64,000 bases of DNA from an uncultured Candidatus Binatia bacterium (GTDB taxonomy: Bacteria; Desulfobacterota; Binatia; Bin18). Below the pieces are notes generated by a model. That model did not search any database. It was not told the origin of the DNA and saw nothing but the letters and a program-made list of their open reading frames with translations. The translations under genes and the position numbers were made by a program. The stretch is taken from positions 3,200,001 through 3,264,000 of the forward strand of contig OZ241744.1 in the NCBI GenBank assembly GCA_965200965.1. The letters run 5' to 3'. This document shows, in pieces, positions 46,343 to 56,790 of this stretch; positions within the stretch are counted from its first letter, which is position 1, and the number at the start of each line of letters is the position of its first letter.

Positions 46343-48796
46343 TCACTCTTCGGCCGCGGCTTCGACCAGCACTTGGCGTGGTTTACCTGCTTCCGCGGCG
46401 GGGGCGATCAGCCCCTCACGTTCCATGCGTTCGATCATCCGGGCGGCGCGATTATAGCCGACCCGCAGGCGACGTTGGACCCAGGAAATAGACGCTTGGC
46501 GGCTTTCGATGACTAGGTCCCGGGCTTTTTCGTACATCTCGTCATAGGTGTCATCGTCGTCGGCATCAGCGCTCTTCTGGCTATGGGCCTTTTCCAGGGC
46601 GCTGACCAGCTCGGAGTCAAACACCGGCTTGGCCTGCTTCTTAATCGCCCTGACCGCCTTGCTGATCTCCGGTTCGGACACAAACGCGCCGTGAATACGC
46701 TGCGGCTTGGCACTGCCCGGCGGCAGGAACAGCAGGTCACCAGCACCCAACAGGCGCTCTGCCCCGGCGGCGTCCAGGATTGTCCGGGAGTCGATCCGGG
46801 AGGACACCTGAAAGGACACGCGGGCCGGAAAGTTGGCCTTGATCAGGCCGGTAATCACATCGACCGAGGGACGCTGGGTGGCCAGAATGAGGTGAATGCC
46901 CGAGGCACGGCCCATCTGGGCCAAACGGGTAATTGGCTCTTCTATCTCGCGGCCGACGGTCAGCATCAGGTCGGCCAGCTCGTCAACAATAACGACCAGA
47001 TAGGGCAGACGCTGGTGGGCCAACTCCCCGGTTGCTGCCCTCGTCTGCGGAGCCGGGGGCGGCTGATCGTCCAGTTCGGGCCGGCCGGCGAACTCATCGC
47101 CTTCGTCCCTCACGACCTCGGTCAGCTTGATCACCTCGTCTGTCTCGCCGTGCTCCAGGGCGTAATTATAGGAAGCGATATTGCGCGCCCCTTTGTCGCG
47201 CAGCAGTTTGTAGCGGTGCTCCATCTGTCGCACGACTTCCTGGAGGGCGGCACCGGCTTCTTTGGGGTTGGTAATGACGTGTGAGAGCTGGTGGGGGAGG
47301 TTTTCGTACAGCGAGAGTTCCAGCATCTTGGGATCGATCATAATGAAGCGCACGTCCCGCGGCCTAGCCCGGTACAGCAGGCTCATGATCATGGCGTTGA
47401 GGGAGACCGACTTGCCGGTTCCGGTGGCCCCAGCCACCAACAGGTGGGGCATGCGGGCTAGGTCGGCGACAACCGGATTGCCGATCGAATCTTTGCCCAG
47501 GGCTAGGCCGAGCGGTGATTCGGTCTGCTGGAAGCCCGGACTGTCCAGAATCTCGCGCAGGTAGACTTTTTCGCGGTCGGGGTTTGAGACCTCAATACCG
47601 ACCACCGCCTTGCCCGGAATCGGGGCCAGGATACGCACCGAGACCGCCCGCAGGGCCATTTGCAAGTCGTCGGCCACCGACACCACCCGGTTGACCTTGA
47701 CCCCCGGGGCCGGCTCGAACTCGTAGGTAGTGATGACCGGGCCGGGCCGGACGGCCACGACTTTGCCCTTGACGCCAAAGTCCTTGAGCTTACTCTCGAG
47801 AATCTGAGAGCTGGCGTGCAGGGCGTCCTCATCAACCTTGAGCCGGGATTCGGGCGGCGGGTCAAGCAACTCCAGGCCGGGCAGGGTATAGGGTGTTTCG
47901 CTGTCGGGGGTGGGGACGGTGCTCGGCCGGGTGGCCGGACGCATGGCTTTGGGCGCGGGGGCGGGTGGCGGCCGGTTAATAATAATGGGCGGCGGCTGTG
48001 CTGCTCCGGGCTGCTCCTCGGCCTTGTGGTGCGCCTTTTTGGGGATGGCGTTTTTGGCTGGCGCGATGCTCGGAGGCGTCTCCGGTTCGGGGGCGACAAA
48101 CCGGGGCCCGGTCTCTGCTTCTGGCTCGGGCGCAATAAACCGGGGTTCGGGCTCCAGATAGGGCTCGGCGGCCACTGGCCGGCCAGACTGGTGGCTGGGA
48201 ACAAGCGCCGCGAGACCGCCCAGCCCGGCACGCAGCCGCTCGGCCAGTGGACCTAGCCGGTCGGCGCAGTGCTTGCCAACAGACCGGCCAGACCTCATCA
48301 GCCGACCGCCCAGAGTGTGCAAAGACAGACGAAAAATCCCCATCAGAGAGACGACGAGAACAGGAATCAGCACCAGATAGGCACCGAGCTGGTTGAAGCC
48401 ATAGCGGAGAGACACGGCGAGCCAAGCTCCGAGCCAGCCGCCGGCCTCGACCGCTGGCCGGTCCCCGTACCACAGAGATAACAGGGCCGTACCGGCCAGA
48501 CCACAGACGCCCAGCGACAGCATCTGGGAGGGCACGGCCGGGCAGCACCACAGCCGGAACTGGAGACCCGCGGTGTACACGGCCAGGGCCGGTACACCAT
48601 AGCTCATTTTGCCCAGCGCAGAGCAGAACAGGTCGGCCAGCAGATAGCCGATGATGCCAACGAGATTGGTCTGCGGACGGGCCGGTTGGTAGGACAAAAA
48701 AGCGATGCCTAAAAAAATCGCCACCACGACCAGGGCGATCCCCACTATCTCATAGCCAACGGAATGTTGCCCGGACTCCGGCTTGGATGCCGACAC
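46343..48796 (-). CDS. ftsK: DNA translocase FtsK
   Basis: N-terminal TMs, PGPVITTYE, MPHLLVAGATGTGKS, IVDELADLM, LATQRPSVDV, gamma domain QRRLRVGYNRAAR. Confidence 0.98.
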   Translation of the reverse strand: MSASKPESGQHSVGYEIVGIALVVVAIFLGIAFLSYQPARPQTNLVGIIGYLLADLFCSALGKMSYGVPALAVYTAGLQFRLWCCPAVPSQMLSLGVCGLAGTALLSLWYGDRPAVEAGGWLGAWLAVSLRYGFNQLGAYLVLIPVLVVSLMGIFRLSLHTLGGRLMRSGRSVGKHCADRLGPLAERLRAGLGGLAALVPSHQSGRPVAAEPYLEPEPRFIAPEPEAETGPRFVAPEPETPPSIAPAKNAIPKKAHHKAEEQPGAAQPPPIIINRPPPAPAPKAMRPATRPSTVPTPDSETPYTLPGLELLDPPPESRLKVDEDALHASSQILESKLKDFGVKGKVVAVRPGPVITTYEFEPAPGVKVNRVVSVADDLQMALRAVSVRILAPIPGKAVVGIEVSNPDREKVYLREILDSPGFQQTESPLGLALGKDSIGNPVVADLARMPHLLVAGATGTGKSVSLNAMIMSLLYRARPRDVRFIMIDPKMLELSLYENLPHQLSHVITNPKEAGAALQEVVRQMEHRYKLLRDKGARNIASYNYALEHGETDEVIKLTEVVRDEGDEFAGRPELDDQPPPAPQTRAATGELAHQRLPYLVVIVDELADLMLTVGREIEEPITRLAQMGRASGIHLILATQRPSVDVITGLIKANFPARVSFQVSSRIDSRTILDAAGAERLLGAGDLLFLPPGSAKPQRIHGAFVSEPEISKAVRAIKKQAKPVFDSELVSALEKAHSQKSADADDDDTYDEMYEKARDLVIESRQASISWVQRRLRVGYNRAARMIERMEREGLIAPAAEAGKPRQVLVEAAAEE

Positions 48797-48809
48797 GCTG
48801 ACCTCCTCC

Positions 48810-50477
48810 TCACATCTCCGTCACAAACGCTAAGACAACCGGCCGACGCCCCAGGGTACGGCGAAAATAGCGGCGGAGCGACAGCCGGACCTGCTCCTTC
48901 ACCGTCCCAATATCGGTCCGGGACTCCAGTGGCTGCTCGCCGAGTGCGCTGCGCACGACCTCTTTGGCCTCACGCAAGCCCTCACCGTTGGTGTTGGCTA
49001 AGAACCCGCGCGACAGCAACTCCGGTCCGCTGACGAGTTCTCCGGTCTGTTGGGCAATGCTGAGGATGGCGACCACGATTCCATCGCTGGCCATATGGCG
49101 GCGGTCACGCATCAGCTCTTCCTCAATGCCTGCCAAACCGTCGACAAACACCCGTCCGGCCTGAACAGGGTCGGCTTGAAACGCGCCGTGGCGGTCGATC
49201 TCCAGTACCTGGCCGTTTTCTAACAAAAAGACCCGGTCCGGCCCGACACCGACCTGACGGGCCAGGGCCGAGTGACGGACCAGATGGCGGTATTCGCCGT
49301 GGATGGGAACGAAGTAGCGGGGGCGAACCAAGTTGAGCATCAGGCGCAACTCGTCCTGGCAGGCATGGCCGGAGACGTGGACGCAGGAGATCGCCTCGTA
49401 ATGGAGATCGGCCCCGCGGCGAGACAGGTGGTCAAGCAGACGGGCGATTGTGCGTTCGTTGCCGGGAATGACTCGCGACGACAGGACCACGGTGTCGCCG
49501 GGGGCGAGCTGGACCTGGGGGTGGGTACCGGCGGCAATCCGTGACAGGGCCGACATGGGTTCGCCCTGGGAGCCGGTCGTGAGCAGGGTTACGGTCTGTG
49601 GGTCGCGCCGTGCGATCTCAGCAAGGTCAAGCAGGCTATCCGGCCTAAAAGACAAATGTCCAGTGTCCCGGGCGATACCGATATTGCTGACCAGCCGCCT
49701 GCCAACCACACCGACGGCTCGGCCCTGTTTGAGTGACAGCTCAAGAATTTGCCGAATACGGTGGATGTGGGAGGCAAAGGTGGCGACCAAGACCTTGCCT
49801 TGGGATTGGGCAATCATATTTTCGAGTGGCCGGGTCAGGCTGCGCTCTGACGGATTTGAGCCAGGACGCTCGACATTGGTTGAGTCGGCCAGCAGGAGTA
49901 AGACGCCGCGTTCTCCCCATTCGGCCAAACGCATCAGGTCGGTTTGCTGGTCGTCAACAGGGGTATGGTCAATCTTGAAATCGCCGGTGTGGATAATGGT
50001 GCCAAGGGGAGTTGTAATGGCTAAGGCCGAGGCATCCACAATGCTGTGCGTCACCGGAATGCCCTCTATGCGAAACGGCCCGATTTGCCATTCCTGACGG
50101 GGACGAAACTCGTGGAGAGTCGTCTGCTCAAGCAAACCCCGTTCGACCAGTCTGTCGCGGAGCAGCCCCAGGGTGAAGGGGGTACCATAGACCGGGACAT
50201 CAAATTCCTGGAGGAGATAGGGCAGGGCACCGATATGGTCCTCGTGGCCGTGGGTGAAGATGACCGCCTGAAGATGGTGGTGCTGGCGCAGATAGCCGAA
50301 ATCCGGGATGACCACGTCAATGCCGAGCATCTCCTGCTCAGGAAACATCAGGCCACAGTCAACGGCAATTGCCGTTGGGCGACCGCCTTCGGCTGAGCAG
50401 TATTCGATCAGCATGAAGTTGAGGCCGATCTCGCCCAGGCCGCCGAGGGGAATAATACGCAACTGGCCCTCACTCAT
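48810..50477 (-). CDS. rnj: Ribonuclease J
   Basis: PLGGLGEIG, THGHEDHIG, HTGDFK, DSTN, GSQGEP, HVSGH. Confidence 0.98.
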   Translation of the reverse strand: MSEGQLRIIPLGGLGEIGLNFMLIEYCSAEGGRPTAIAVDCGLMFPEQEMLGIDVVIPDFGYLRQHHHLQAVIFTHGHEDHIGALPYLLQEFDVPVYGTPFTLGLLRDRLVERGLLEQTTLHEFRPRQEWQIGPFRIEGIPVTHSIVDASALAITTPLGTIIHTGDFKIDHTPVDDQQTDLMRLAEWGERGVLLLLADSTNVERPGSNPSERSLTRPLENMIAQSQGKVLVATFASHIHRIRQILELSLKQGRAVGVVGRRLVSNIGIARDTGHLSFRPDSLLDLAEIARRDPQTVTLLTTGSQGEPMSALSRIAAGTHPQVQLAPGDTVVLSSRVIPGNERTIARLLDHLSRRGADLHYEAISCVHVSGHACQDELRLMLNLVRPRYFVPIHGEYRHLVRHSALARQVGVGPDRVFLLENGQVLEIDRHGAFQADPVQAGRVFVDGLAGIEEELMRDRRHMASDGIVVAILSIAQQTGELVSGPELLSRGFLANTNGEGLREAKEVVRSALGEQPLESRTDIGTVKEQVRLSLRRYFRRTLGRRPVVLAFVTEM

Positions 50478-51270
50478 GGGCTTGTCCGATCACGCACCGC
50501 ACAAGACGATCCACGCTCCGAGTGTCCGGGAGCGGCAGGCCGAGCGGGCCGCTGTCCGCCGCATCATGGTGTTGGGCAATCGCTTTTTCGACCTGGACCA
50601 TGAGGTCCTGTCGGGCCGTTTTTTTGGCCACTGCCGGCTCTCTGGCAATAGGCGGGCTGAAGACGACACTCATCCGCCCAGACCGGATCTTCCAACTCCC
50701 CGAAGGGAGAATATCCCGCCCGCCATTTACCGTCACCGGAACAACCGGGCTGCCGGTCTCCACCGCAACGGCGAATCCTCCAGGTTTGAACGGCAGCAGG
50801 CGTCCGTCCCGGCTGCGGGTCCCTTCAGGAAAAAACAGGACCGAGATCCCGGCGTGCAGCAGTGCTTTGACTTTCCTGATCGTTGTCACCGCCTGGGTTC
50901 TGCTCTGGCGGTCAACCAGGACCTGATGCGTCCGAGCCATGCACAGACCCAGGAGTGGAGCCTTGCGCAGTTCGTGTTTGGCGACCCAACGCAACTGAAA
51001 CGCCTCAAGGCTGACCATCAGCACCAGAATATCAAACATGCTCTGATGATTGGCCATGAAAACATAGGCTTGGCGGGGATCAAGCTGTTCCCGACCACGG
51101 ATATCGACCTTCACCCCACACACGAACAGGTTGCTCTTGGCCCAGAACCGAATATAGCGGGCCGCACATTGGGCGTACCTGTCGAGAGGTGCGAGCAGCA
51201 GAACCGGCACACTCCAGAATACGGTGTTCAGGGCGATGAAGACAAGACGCACGATAGCTAGCAGAATCAC
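50470..51270 (-). CDS. plsC: 1-acyl-sn-glycerol-3-phosphate acyltransferase
   Basis: NHQSMFD, FPEGTRS, FKPGGF; GTG at 51270 with a GGGGAG RBS (the ATG at 51306 overlaps the -10 box). Confidence 0.93.
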   Translation of the reverse strand: MILLAIVRLVFIALNTVFWSVPVLLLAPLDRYAQCAARYIRFWAKSNLFVCGVKVDIRGREQLDPRQAYVFMANHQSMFDILVLMVSLEAFQLRWVAKHELRKAPLLGLCMARTHQVLVDRQSRTQAVTTIRKVKALLHAGISVLFFPEGTRSRDGRLLPFKPGGFAVAVETGSPVVPVTVNGGRDILPSGSWKIRSGRMSVVFSPPIAREPAVAKKTARQDLMVQVEKAIAQHHDAADSGPLGLPLPDTRSVDRLVRCVIGQAHE

Positions 51271-51304
51271 GCCGCTCCCCGGTGCTGAGGGCCAGATTCG
51301 CACC

Positions 51305-51334
51305 ATTATAGTTCCTCTTGTGACTTGCCGTCAA
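51305..51334 (-). promoter_or_regulatory. sigma70 promoter for plsC-rnj-ftsK-lolA
   Basis: Minus strand TTGACG-18 nt-TATAAT. Confidence 0.7.
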
Positions 51335-51367
51335 TGTAGTTGATTTTTCTGCACTTCTTTCTGTACA

Positions 51368-52471
51368 ATGGATCGCTCTGGCGGAGGGGCTGTTGTGACG
51401 GTTGAATGTCCGGCGTGCAAGACGCGCTACCGGGTTGACGCGAGCTTGGTGATGGCAGGAGAGACATCGTTTGAGTGTTGTCAGGAGGACTGTGGACACA
51501 TCTTTGTCTATACGCCTCCGGTGATGTGGAAGGGAAACGGTCCAGAACCCGATACCGAGCCTGTGCGCTCCTCGTCTCGGCCCGAGTCTGCCCCCAACAA
51601 TGGACAACAGGTCAATCTCGAAGCCGAGCCCAGCGTCAAGGCTGCCGATGTGCTGGACCGTGTCCCGGCATTTGTCCATCAAGAAATCGAGCCGCCCCCA
51701 CTGGCCGCGATGGAGGACCACGCTGAGCAAGCGAGGCAGGATGAGTACGACACGCAGACCGAACCGGATGTCGGGCCGGTCTCTGAAGACGCCCCGGACA
51801 TCGGGGCTGAGCCGCTGGAGACACCAGAGAAAGCGCCGAACGCCAGACAGCCTGTATCCAATCCCGCCGAGCCGGCCCTCCACATGATCCCCGCCTCCAC
51901 GGATTCGTCGCCTGCTGACAAGCCAGATGCAGCCCTTCTTTCGGTTCGCGGCGTGTTTATCCTTATCGGGTCTTTTGTGTGCGGTTATGCCCTGCTGAGC
52001 TATGCGGCGCTTTCCTACCCCCGGCAGACAAAGCTGGCGCTCCGCCAGCTTCCTGTAGTGGGTCAATTCTTTGCCTCCGAGCCGTTCTCCGCCCGCCATA
52101 TTCGGCTGGACAAGCTGAGCGGCAGTTTTTGGCTGAGCAAAGATAACCGTCGCGTGTTTGCCATCGCCGGTACGGCGCGGAATACCGCCAGCGTGTCTGC
52201 TAAGCTGGTGCAGATTGAGGGCACGCTCTACAACGGGGTCGGCAAGCAGGTTGGACAACAACTCGTGTTCTGTGGTCACGAGGCCAACGCTGCGCTGCTC
52301 GAAAGCCTAACGGTGCGTGATATGGATACCCTCCAGAAACTTGTGCCGCCAAGAGACTTCCACATCCCCGCCGGCCAAGCCGCAAACTGCCTGTTGGTCT
52401 TTACCCGGCCGCCCGGCTCTGTCTCGGAGATTTCAGGACGGGTAGTGTCTGTCCAGTTTGAAGACGCCTAG
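51368..52471 (+). CDS. Zinc-ribbon plus DUF3426-like membrane-anchored protein
   Basis: CPACKTRYRV..CCQEDCGHIF, acidic Pro-rich linker, single TM, C-terminal beta domain; exact start uncertain. Confidence 0.82.
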   Translation: MDRSGGGAVVTVECPACKTRYRVDASLVMAGETSFECCQEDCGHIFVYTPPVMWKGNGPEPDTEPVRSSSRPESAPNNGQQVNLEAEPSVKAADVLDRVPAFVHQEIEPPPLAAMEDHAEQARQDEYDTQTEPDVGPVSEDAPDIGAEPLETPEKAPNARQPVSNPAEPALHMIPASTDSSPADKPDAALLSVRGVFILIGSFVCGYALLSYAALSYPRQTKLALRQLPVVGQFFASEPFSARHIRLDKLSGSFWLSKDNRRVFAIAGTARNTASVSAKLVQIEGTLYNGVGKQVGQQLVFCGHEANAALLESLTVRDMDTLQKLVPPRDFHIPAGQAANCLLVFTRPPGSVSEISGRVVSVQFEDA

Positions 52472-52556
52472 AGAATGGCGTGAGGACGCCGGGACTGGAC
52501 CGCCATGAGGGGGGATTGCCGGACCGATCGTCTGAGAAGATAGCGGTCCTCTCTTC

Positions 52557-52748
52557 CTATCTGCCATCACCGCTGTCTTTTGTCTCGCCGTCTGGAGTGA
52601 CATCAATTTCTGGCGACTTGACCGATTTCCGAAAGTTCTGAATCCCCTTGCCCAGACCCTCGCCAATAGCCGGTAATTTCCCTGCACCAAAAATGATCAG
52701 GACAATGACCAGGATGATCAGCAATTCTCCCATACCAAGACCAAACAT
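52557..52748 (-). CDS. tatA: Twin-arginine translocase TatA/E
   Basis: [41 protein letters not shown]. Confidence 0.96.
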   Translation of the reverse strand: MFGLGMGELLIILVIVLIIFGAGKLPAIGEGLGKGIQNFRKSVKSPEIDVTPDGETKDSGDGR

Positions 52749-52805
52749 AGTTTTTCCAGTATATGCGATGTCTCCGCCCGTGAGCAAGGCGGGTGAACCT
52801 TTTTC

Positions 52806-52834
52806 TTGCAGGCTCTGGTCAAGCAGGCTAGAAT
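52806..52834 (+). promoter_or_regulatory. sigma70 promoter, probably giving a leaderless mRNA
   Basis: TTGCAG-17 nt-TAGAAT; ATG 7 nt downstream at 52842; no SD. Confidence 0.6.
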
Positions 52835-52841
52835 GCGGCCG

Positions 52842-53972
52842 ATGTCAACAGCCACCCTCACCCTTGCCCACCCCCAGCAACGCGACCCGCTCGTCCTGTT
52901 TCTGCTCTTCTCGCTCCTCTTCCACCTGATCCTGTTCCTCTTGTTTCCCGCACTCAGGCCGGTAGTCCCGCCCGAGACAGAACGGTTGACCGAGGTGGAG
53001 TTGTTGCCGGCCGAGGAACCCGAGCGGCTGGCCGTTGATCTGGACATTCCTGAGGAAGCGCCGAAAGAAGAGCCGGTTGAAGAGAATAGAGCCCAACCGC
53101 CGCCTCTGCCCGAGCAGATCGTCAATCCGCCTGATGTCATCAATGAGCAGTTCCCGGACCAGACCCGCTTCCTGAGCGACCGGAATACCACCGCGGAGGA
53201 CGAAACGGTTGCCGCTGGTACGCCGCTGCCGGCCTCGAACACCGAGCAGGAAACCCCGGACAGCCAGCCCCAGCCGTCCCAAGAGCCTACCCGGCTAGCC
53301 GCCCTCAAACCGCTTGACAAGGCGCTGAAGCAGAAAAAGGCCCCTGACCCTGACGCACCCACGGCCCTGAAACGCGCCCCCCGGTTGTTTGCCAGTCCTG
53401 CCGATCTGTTAGCCCAGGGGTTTATTAAAGACCGTGGCACACAGCAGGAGCAGCAGGACGAACAGCGCGCCCCAACTGGCAACGAGCTCCTGAGCATGGC
53501 CCCTCCGGCCCGGCGGAATCCCTTGTCCCTGCCCGGCCCGAGCGGAACGCCGGATCACCTGCCCGATGTGCGCCGTGGCAACATGACCTTCCTCAACACC
53601 AAGGCGCACCGGTTTGCTCCGTTTGTCCGCCGGGTGGCCCAGCGCGTGTTTGAGCATCTGGTGATCGATCAGCGCAGAAACCTCAGGCTCGACGATGTGA
53701 TTGCGGCCCGCGACTGGGTGACTATCGAGGCCAAGCTGTCGGTAGATGGCGAGCTGGTCGGACTGGTCTTACGCAGCCGCTCCGGCAGCTATTCAATTGA
53801 CGAGTCCTTGATGAACGCCTGTGAACAGGGTGCCTGGGACCAGAATCCTCCGCCGGAAGCCCAGGCCGAAGACGGTTTGATTCATTTCATCTTCCGCTCC
53901 GATATCAACGCCCAGTACGATAACCTGGGCCTCAGAGCGATTGTGACCTTTCTGCAAGTCGGTCTGAGTTGA
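52842..53972 (+). CDS. TonB/TolA-like energy-transducer protein
   Basis: TM with SxxxH (SLLFH), Pro/Glu-rich linker, C-terminal TFLNT..F..RV..SG..ID..A..NPP domain. Confidence 0.82.
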   Translation: MSTATLTLAHPQQRDPLVLFLLFSLLFHLILFLLFPALRPVVPPETERLTEVELLPAEEPERLAVDLDIPEEAPKEEPVEENRAQPPPLPEQIVNPPDVINEQFPDQTRFLSDRNTTAEDETVAAGTPLPASNTEQETPDSQPQPSQEPTRLAALKPLDKALKQKKAPDPDAPTALKRAPRLFASPADLLAQGFIKDRGTQQEQQDEQRAPTGNELLSMAPPARRNPLSLPGPSGTPDHLPDVRRGNMTFLNTKAHRFAPFVRRVAQRVFEHLVIDQRRNLRLDDVIAARDWVTIEAKLSVDGELVGLVLRSRSGSYSIDESLMNACEQGAWDQNPPPEAQAEDGLIHFIFRSDINAQYDNLGLRAIVTFLQVGLS

Positions 53973-54019
53973 GCCGCTTTCCCTCTGCCAAGTCCCCGCC
54001 TCTCTGGGTATGCCTCGGC

Positions 54020-54048
54020 TTGCACAACCCTCACCCGGCTGTTAGGAT
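54020..54048 (+). promoter_or_regulatory. sigma70 promoter of tRNA-Ala(CGC)
   Basis: TTGCAC-17 nt-TAGGAT with extended -10 TG. Confidence 0.62.
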
Positions 54049-54062
54049 CCAGGGCATCAATT

Positions 54063-54112
54063 GAAGGTAAATCGTCTCATCCGGTCGAGAGGAAAGCAAG
54101 ACGATTCACCTT
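54063..54112 (+). other. Long hairpin in the tRNA leader
   Basis: AAGGTAAATCGTCT pairs with AGACGATTCACCTT at 13 of 14 positions. Confidence 0.6.
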
Positions 54113-54115
54113 TGT

Positions 54116-54169
<54 letters not shown>

Positions 54170-54188
<19 letters not shown>

Positions 54189-55933
54189 TTTCCCTTCCTA
54201 TCAGTTCGCCCTGTGGCCGGGATGCGGATGTCTTCCACCATGTCCTGTATGGTTTGGGCCGGGGGGTGGGTGAGGGACGCGACGAGGACCGCTACCCCGA
54301 AGTTGATCGCCATGCCAACCCCGCCAATGCCTTCCGGCGAGATGCCCCACAGCCACTGGGCGGCGGTGTTGGCCTCGGGGCTGATGAACTTGAAATAGAT
54401 GATGTAGACGCTGGTGAAACCCATCCCGCAGACCATCCCGGCCACCGCCCCCCAGTGGTTCATGCGCTTGGAGAAAATGCCCAAGACAATGGCCGGGAAG
54501 AAGCTCGAGGCGGCCAGACCAAAGGCAAAGGCCACGACCTGGGCGACAAAGCCCGGCGGGTTGATGCCGAAATAGCCGGCAATACAAATCGCCACGACCG
54601 AGGCCAGCCGCGCATAGCGCAGTTCTTGCCGCTCGCTCATCTGGGGGCTGAGCACATTTTTCATCAGGTCGTGGGAGATGGAGGTGGACAGCACGAGCAG
54701 CAGGCCGGCGGCTGTAGACAGGGCCGCGGCCAAGCCACCGGCCGCAACTAGGGCCACGAGCCAAGCCGGCAGCCGGGCAATCTCCGGGTTGGCCAGCACG
54801 ATGATATCGCGGTCAATGTGCAACTCATTGCCCTTCCAACCCAGGGCACTCGCGCGCTCGGCAAAGGCCGGATTGTGGTCGTTGTAATATTGGATATGTC
54901 CGTCCTGGTTCTTGTCCGAGAAGCGAATCAGGCCGGTCTCCTCCCACTTGGAGAACCAGTCGGGAACCTGGGCATATTCGGCATTGTGGACGCTGGTCAA
55001 GAGGTTGGTGCGGGCAAACGCGGCCACGGCCGGCGCGGTCGCGTACAGAATGACAATAAACAACAGCGCCCAGCCGGCCGAGATGCGCGCGTCTCTCACC
55101 CGGGGAACGGTAAAAAAGCGGGTGATCACATGCGGCAGACCCGCGGTCCCGACCATAAGCGACAGGGTGATAAAAAAGACATCAACCACGGTTTTGCTGC
55201 CGCGACCCGTGTACGCGGCAAAGCCGAGTTCCTGACTCAGCCCGTCGAGTTTATCGAGCAGCGAGACGCCAGGCTCGGCTTTCAGTTCCGCGCCAAACCC
55301 GAGCTGCGGCAAGAGCGTATCGGTCATCACAATAGAAAGAAAAAAGCTCGGTAGCATATAGGCAAAGATCAGCACACAGTACTGAGCGACCTGGGTATAG
55401 GTAATGCCTTTTTGTCCACCGGCCACCGCGTAGATGAGGACGATAGCCATGCCAATGACCACGCCCAACTCGATCGGCACTTCCAAAAACCGGGCAAACA
55501 CCACCCCCACCCCGCGCATCTGACCGGCCACATAGGTAAACGAGACAAAGATGGCACAGACCAGGGCGACTATGCGGGCGGTCTGCGCGTCATAGCGCTC
55601 GCCGACAAAATCCGGCACGGTGTATTTGCCGAACTTGCGCAGATACGGTGCCAGCAACAGCGCTAACAACACATAGCCTCCAGTCCAGCCCATGAGATAC
55701 ATGGCACCGTCACGGCCCAGGAAAGACATCATGCCGGCCATTGAGATAAACGAGGCGGCGCTCATCCAGCCGGCCGCAGTTGCCATGCCGTTGGCTACCG
55801 CGCCGACCCGGGAGCCGGCGACATAAAAATCACTGGTTGACTCGGCCCTGGCGCGCCAGGCGATCCCGATATACAGGGCAAATGAGAGTCCGACGATGAT
55901 GAAGGTCCATAGTTTGACCGGATCGATGTCCAT
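54170..55933 (-). CDS. actP: Sodium:solute symporter, ActP (acetate permease)-like
   Basis: NGMATAAGWMSAASFISMAG, YLRKFGKYTVPDF, MVGTAGLPHV, AAALSTAAGLLL; start at 55933 coupled to the upstream gene. Confidence 0.9.
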
Positions 55934-56232
55934 CACTGGGCCGCTCCTCCACGCCTCGGGTCGTGTTCGTGTACGCCGTAGGCCCGGTCCAAGCGGTTCA
56001 TCAGCCACACATATACGAAGATCAGGAGGACAAAGACATACAGTGAGCCCTGTTGGGCCATCCAGAACCCCAGCCGAAAGCCCCCCACCCGGACGGTGTT
56101 GAGGGCGTCAACAAAGAGGATCGACAGGCCAAAAGATACACTGAACCAGATACTCAACAAGGCCGCCACAATCGTCAGATTGTCGCGCCAATAGCCGCGA
56201 CGGCGCGTCTCAGACAGGGAGTTGTTTTTCAT
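55933..56232 (-). CDS. DUF4212 small membrane partner of the symporter
   Basis: YWRDNL..LLSIWFSVSFG, GGFRLGFWMAQQGS, MNRLDRAYGV. Confidence 0.9.
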   Translation of the reverse strand: MKNNSLSETRRRGYWRDNLTIVAALLSIWFSVSFGLSILFVDALNTVRVGGFRLGFWMAQQGSLYVFVLLIFVYVWLMNRLDRAYGVHEHDPRRGGAAQ

Positions 56233-56790
56233 GCCAGTAGGCTAGCATAATCGTGGTAGCGACGTAACAGAACGGCCCCCGGCAGGCGTCGGGGGACGCC
56301 CTATCATCCCCGCTGACCCGCTTGTCAGAACCCGCATTGCCCTTGGCACAGTCCTGACCCTGTGCCCCGGCTGTGCGGCCCTCGTCTACACCGAGGCGTA
56401 TTTCACCGCAATGATGGCACTCCGGGCGAGCCATCCTCGCCTAGCCGCGGCTGGGCTGAGCAGTTGTACCAGACCTGGGCGGTGAGCGGGAGGCTGGTGG
56501 GAAGCGGCCTAGCCGTCCTGCTGGCTCGCTTTGCTGTCCGGGTCCTCCGGTCCGGCCACACCCCACCGTCGGGTATGCGGGTGGCGTTTCCAAGCAGGCT
56601 CCGAACCGGCAACAACGCCACCCTGATCGCTAGCACGAGCCTGGCCTCGGCGGTCGTGCGCTGCTCGGCTATCGGCTGTGGACCGTGGCTCTGGAATATG
56701 GGGTCTTGTCGGGGCCGTTTCAGCGGACCTAGAGCGTTGCTCGGTGGCGGGTCTCGCCGCCGGTCGGCCAGACTGTCCCGCGGTGTGTCT

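Noticed and set aside
48075-48160. Short tandem peptide repeats in the FtsK linker (PRFxAPEPE twice) and RodZ (APxGERP twice)
   Set aside because: Ordinary low-complexity linker duplications
54077-54100. SRP (4.5S) RNA in the tRNA leader
   Set aside because: Too short and lacks the full helix-8 consensus with its GNRA tetraloop; kept only as an unexplained hairpin
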